Part shown: positions 61,701 through 64,000 of the stretch, one piece after another
Numbering within the stretch: position 1 is the stretch's first letter
Layout: every line of letters starts with the position of its first letter
Assembly (NCBI GenBank): GCA_964036045.1
Contig: OZ038378.1
Coordinates: 170,252,001-170,316,000 of the forward strand
DNA from: Eutreptiella sp. 'Long Island Sound 2002'
Lineage: Eukaryota; Protista; Euglenida
Length of the DNA stretch: 64,000 bases
Direction of reading: 5' to 3'
Notes under the pieces: model-generated
Told to the model about the DNA's origin: nothing
Databases searched by the model: none
What the model saw: the letters and a program-made list of their open reading frames with translations, nothing else
Made by a program: the position numbers and the translations under genes

Positions 61701-64000
61701 GCAAACGTTGCAAGAGGACTCCGATGCGAAGCGCACGTAAAACGCCATAAAACCCAGTACATTTTACCTTTGACCTACTCCAAATCTTGACCCCCCTGTG
61801 ACCTCGTTGCAAATTATGCACGGCTGCGGTCTAAAGTATGTACTACCAGCACGTAACCTATATGAGCTTCAGGCGAACACAGCTCTTTTTCGTTTACCCA
61901 TACAAATCCCCCAAAGTGGGCATTTTTGAACCGACAGCTTCAAGTTGACAAACATCACATTTCTCTGCCCCCCAAACAGGGATTCTTTGTTGACCTGAGA
62001 CGTGCCAAGATGATCGAGAAAATGATTTGCAGTCGTTTTTGATTCTGTAGGAATCGGGCCCGTGTGTTTACAGCGCGCATTTCTTTGCGTGGCACACCAG
62101 GTGTACCTTGGCAACATGGGATGTAACAAGTGTATTGAATGGTGGTTTTGCTACCCAGGATGAATGGTTTTGGTTTGCACCAGGTGGTTGGCATTGGTCT
62201 CTCAAAAAGGATTGCAAGGCGTCACTGTACAACATTCCAGAGATGGCTGCGAGAGAACCATCGCATCTGCCCCGCTGATCCAATCTGTGTCAGAATGATT
62301 GTTGTCCTCATGCGGTGCGCAGAGGTGTCAATCGATGATGACTGAAGGTGGTGCACAGGATTGCAATGTTTCTGCCCCAATCAATCAGCCATTATCTTTC
62401 TACACTTTGCACCAAATGAAGTGTAATGAACCATTGCTCTTGGTGTCAGGCATTGGGTTTTAGTACTTTCCGGATTCAGAGCCATGCATCAAGCTTGAAG
62501 GTGTTTTCCTGTACAATGTTTGCGTGCGGCTGTGGCACCAAGTGGGGCAGTATTAGATCCAACCCTCCTGTACAATGTTTGCGTGTGGCTGTCACACCAA
62601 GTGGGGCAGTATTAGATCCCAAACTCCTCAAGTGCACTGTTGATGAGCCCAGACAGCATTTAAGCAGCATTTAGTTGCTGAGTGCAGGTAGTGGAGTTTT
62701 TAGGGGGTATGTGTGGCGCAGTTTCCATGCTTGACCACAGTGTGATACAAGTGCCTGTTGGTGGAATACACCCAGGCTGTATTGGGTGAGCATCTTGGTG
62801 TCTGTATTGGCACACTTGATGAAGTAAGAACATTCAAAAAGGTAGGCTGGTTGAGTCCGCCCAAGCGCTGAAACTCCAAACACATGCCTTTGGAGCATGG
62901 AATCCTGTATTGGGCCTGGTTCCAGGACAGGAGGGTTTTGTTCTTGTCAAACTTCAAGACAGTTGGTGTCCAACAAGGGTGCGGGAAAACAACACACCCA
63001 CAGCTCCTGTGCTCATGGAATGTGGCATCTTTTCAAATGTTATGCGAAAATCATGTTATATTATGCGAAAATATGGAACTGGGAAAATGTCATAGAATAA
63101 CATAGTACTTGTTTTGATTCAATAGGACCCAACAAGTAATGGGTACTGGTATTACAAAAAAAAACCACTTCCAAGATTTAAGGTTCTGGGCGGGCATTGA
63201 AAAGTGAATGTGTGTGAGGTTTTGAGAGGAGACAGCTTTGTCTATGGGCCGCCGCCCCTACACCGGCCAATCTATTTTAGGAGGCAACAAGGAAGTGCAG
63301 AGAAAATAAGCTTGTAACACGGAAGTTTGAAACAATCAAACTCAGGTTTCGCAGAGTCTGTTCTTTTGTACGTAGTTTGTTATTTTGTTAAAACATGGCA
63401 GCGGGTTTCACGTGTTCCCGTCGATTTACTTGCATGGACTATTTCTTGGGTGATACACATGCGCGGTGCTCTCTTTCAAGGCTGCTATTCAACGGAATGG
63501 GGACAACTTTCAGCACAGCAGGAAGAGTTTGCAGCCCTAGTGAAGTTTTCAGACACCCTAGAGGACCTGTTGGAGGCGACAACATGCCACTGTGCGCTGC
63601 AGAGGATGTGGCCGGTACCGAGCTCCTAGGGGCCGGGTCGACTCCGCAGCTGGGCAGTCTGCTGCAGATTGCCCAGCTTGTGAAACAGGTTTAGGCTTCG
63701 GGGGCTACGCTGGAGATGATCACGAAGAAGTTGGATGAGGTCCGCGTAAAGGAGGGTGCCGAGGATGACAAAGCAGAATGCGAAAAGATATCCGCGTTGC
63801 TGTCTAAGCCATAGTGGGTGATCAAGGCTCCGGAGGTTTTGCATAGCACTCTGATGGGGGTCCCATTTATCACAGTGGAGGTCCAATGCACCAGGAAATG
63901 GACTACGGCGAAGCAGGGCTCAATCGCGGTACCCGAAGGGGTTTTGGGCGATGTTCCATCCTGCAGGGCGCCCCGGCAAATTTGCAGGAAAAGTCTGTCT
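58731..64000 (+). pseudogene. Decayed multi-exon gene, divergent from the TPR gene
   Basis: Protein-like blocks with GT/AG borders at ~58731-59001, 59491-59703, 59790-60050, 60480-60720, 61361-61540, 62200-62340 and 63480-64000. In-frame TGA (~58847) and TAGs (63692, 63812); no family recognised. Confidence 0.35.
62508..62632. repeat. Tandem duplication, period 60 bp
   Basis: CCTGTACAATGTTTGCGTG.GGCTGT..CACCAAGTGGGGCAGTATTAGATCC occurs twice. Confidence 0.9.

Overview
Eukaryotic nuclear DNA, rich in transposable elements (TEs), with GT-AG introns, microsatellites and many long G/C homopolymer runs. The repeat style reminds me of a euglenid such as Eutreptiella, but no marker gene here confirms that. 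Three host genes can be modelled, all on the minus strand. (1) A two-exon, ~2,138-aa protein: an N-terminal beta-sandwich-like domain, ~1,900 aa of hierarchical P[DN]G beta-hairpin repeats and a C-terminal LIM domain (19433-12212). This is the most unusual object in the window. (2) An intronless Siw14/OCA-family pseudophosphatase (45283-44564). (3) A five-exon, ~557-aa TPR + OmpA-like protein (58480-51953). The rest is TE debris: a long Ty3/Gypsy-type gag running off the left edge, Gypsy RT and methyltransferase-like fragments, a tyrosine-recombinase (DIRS-like) retroelement, a CRE/SLACS-type endonuclease fragment, a LINE-type RNase H, a possibly intact D-x2-H DDE transposase, a PIF/Harbinger fragment and weak KDZ-like remnants. 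There are also hAT-like non-autonomous elements with CAG..CTG termini and 8-bp target duplications, whose geometry matches euglenid non-conventional introns. No tRNA, rRNA or CRISPR was found. All domain calls come from motif recognition by eye; no searches were run.
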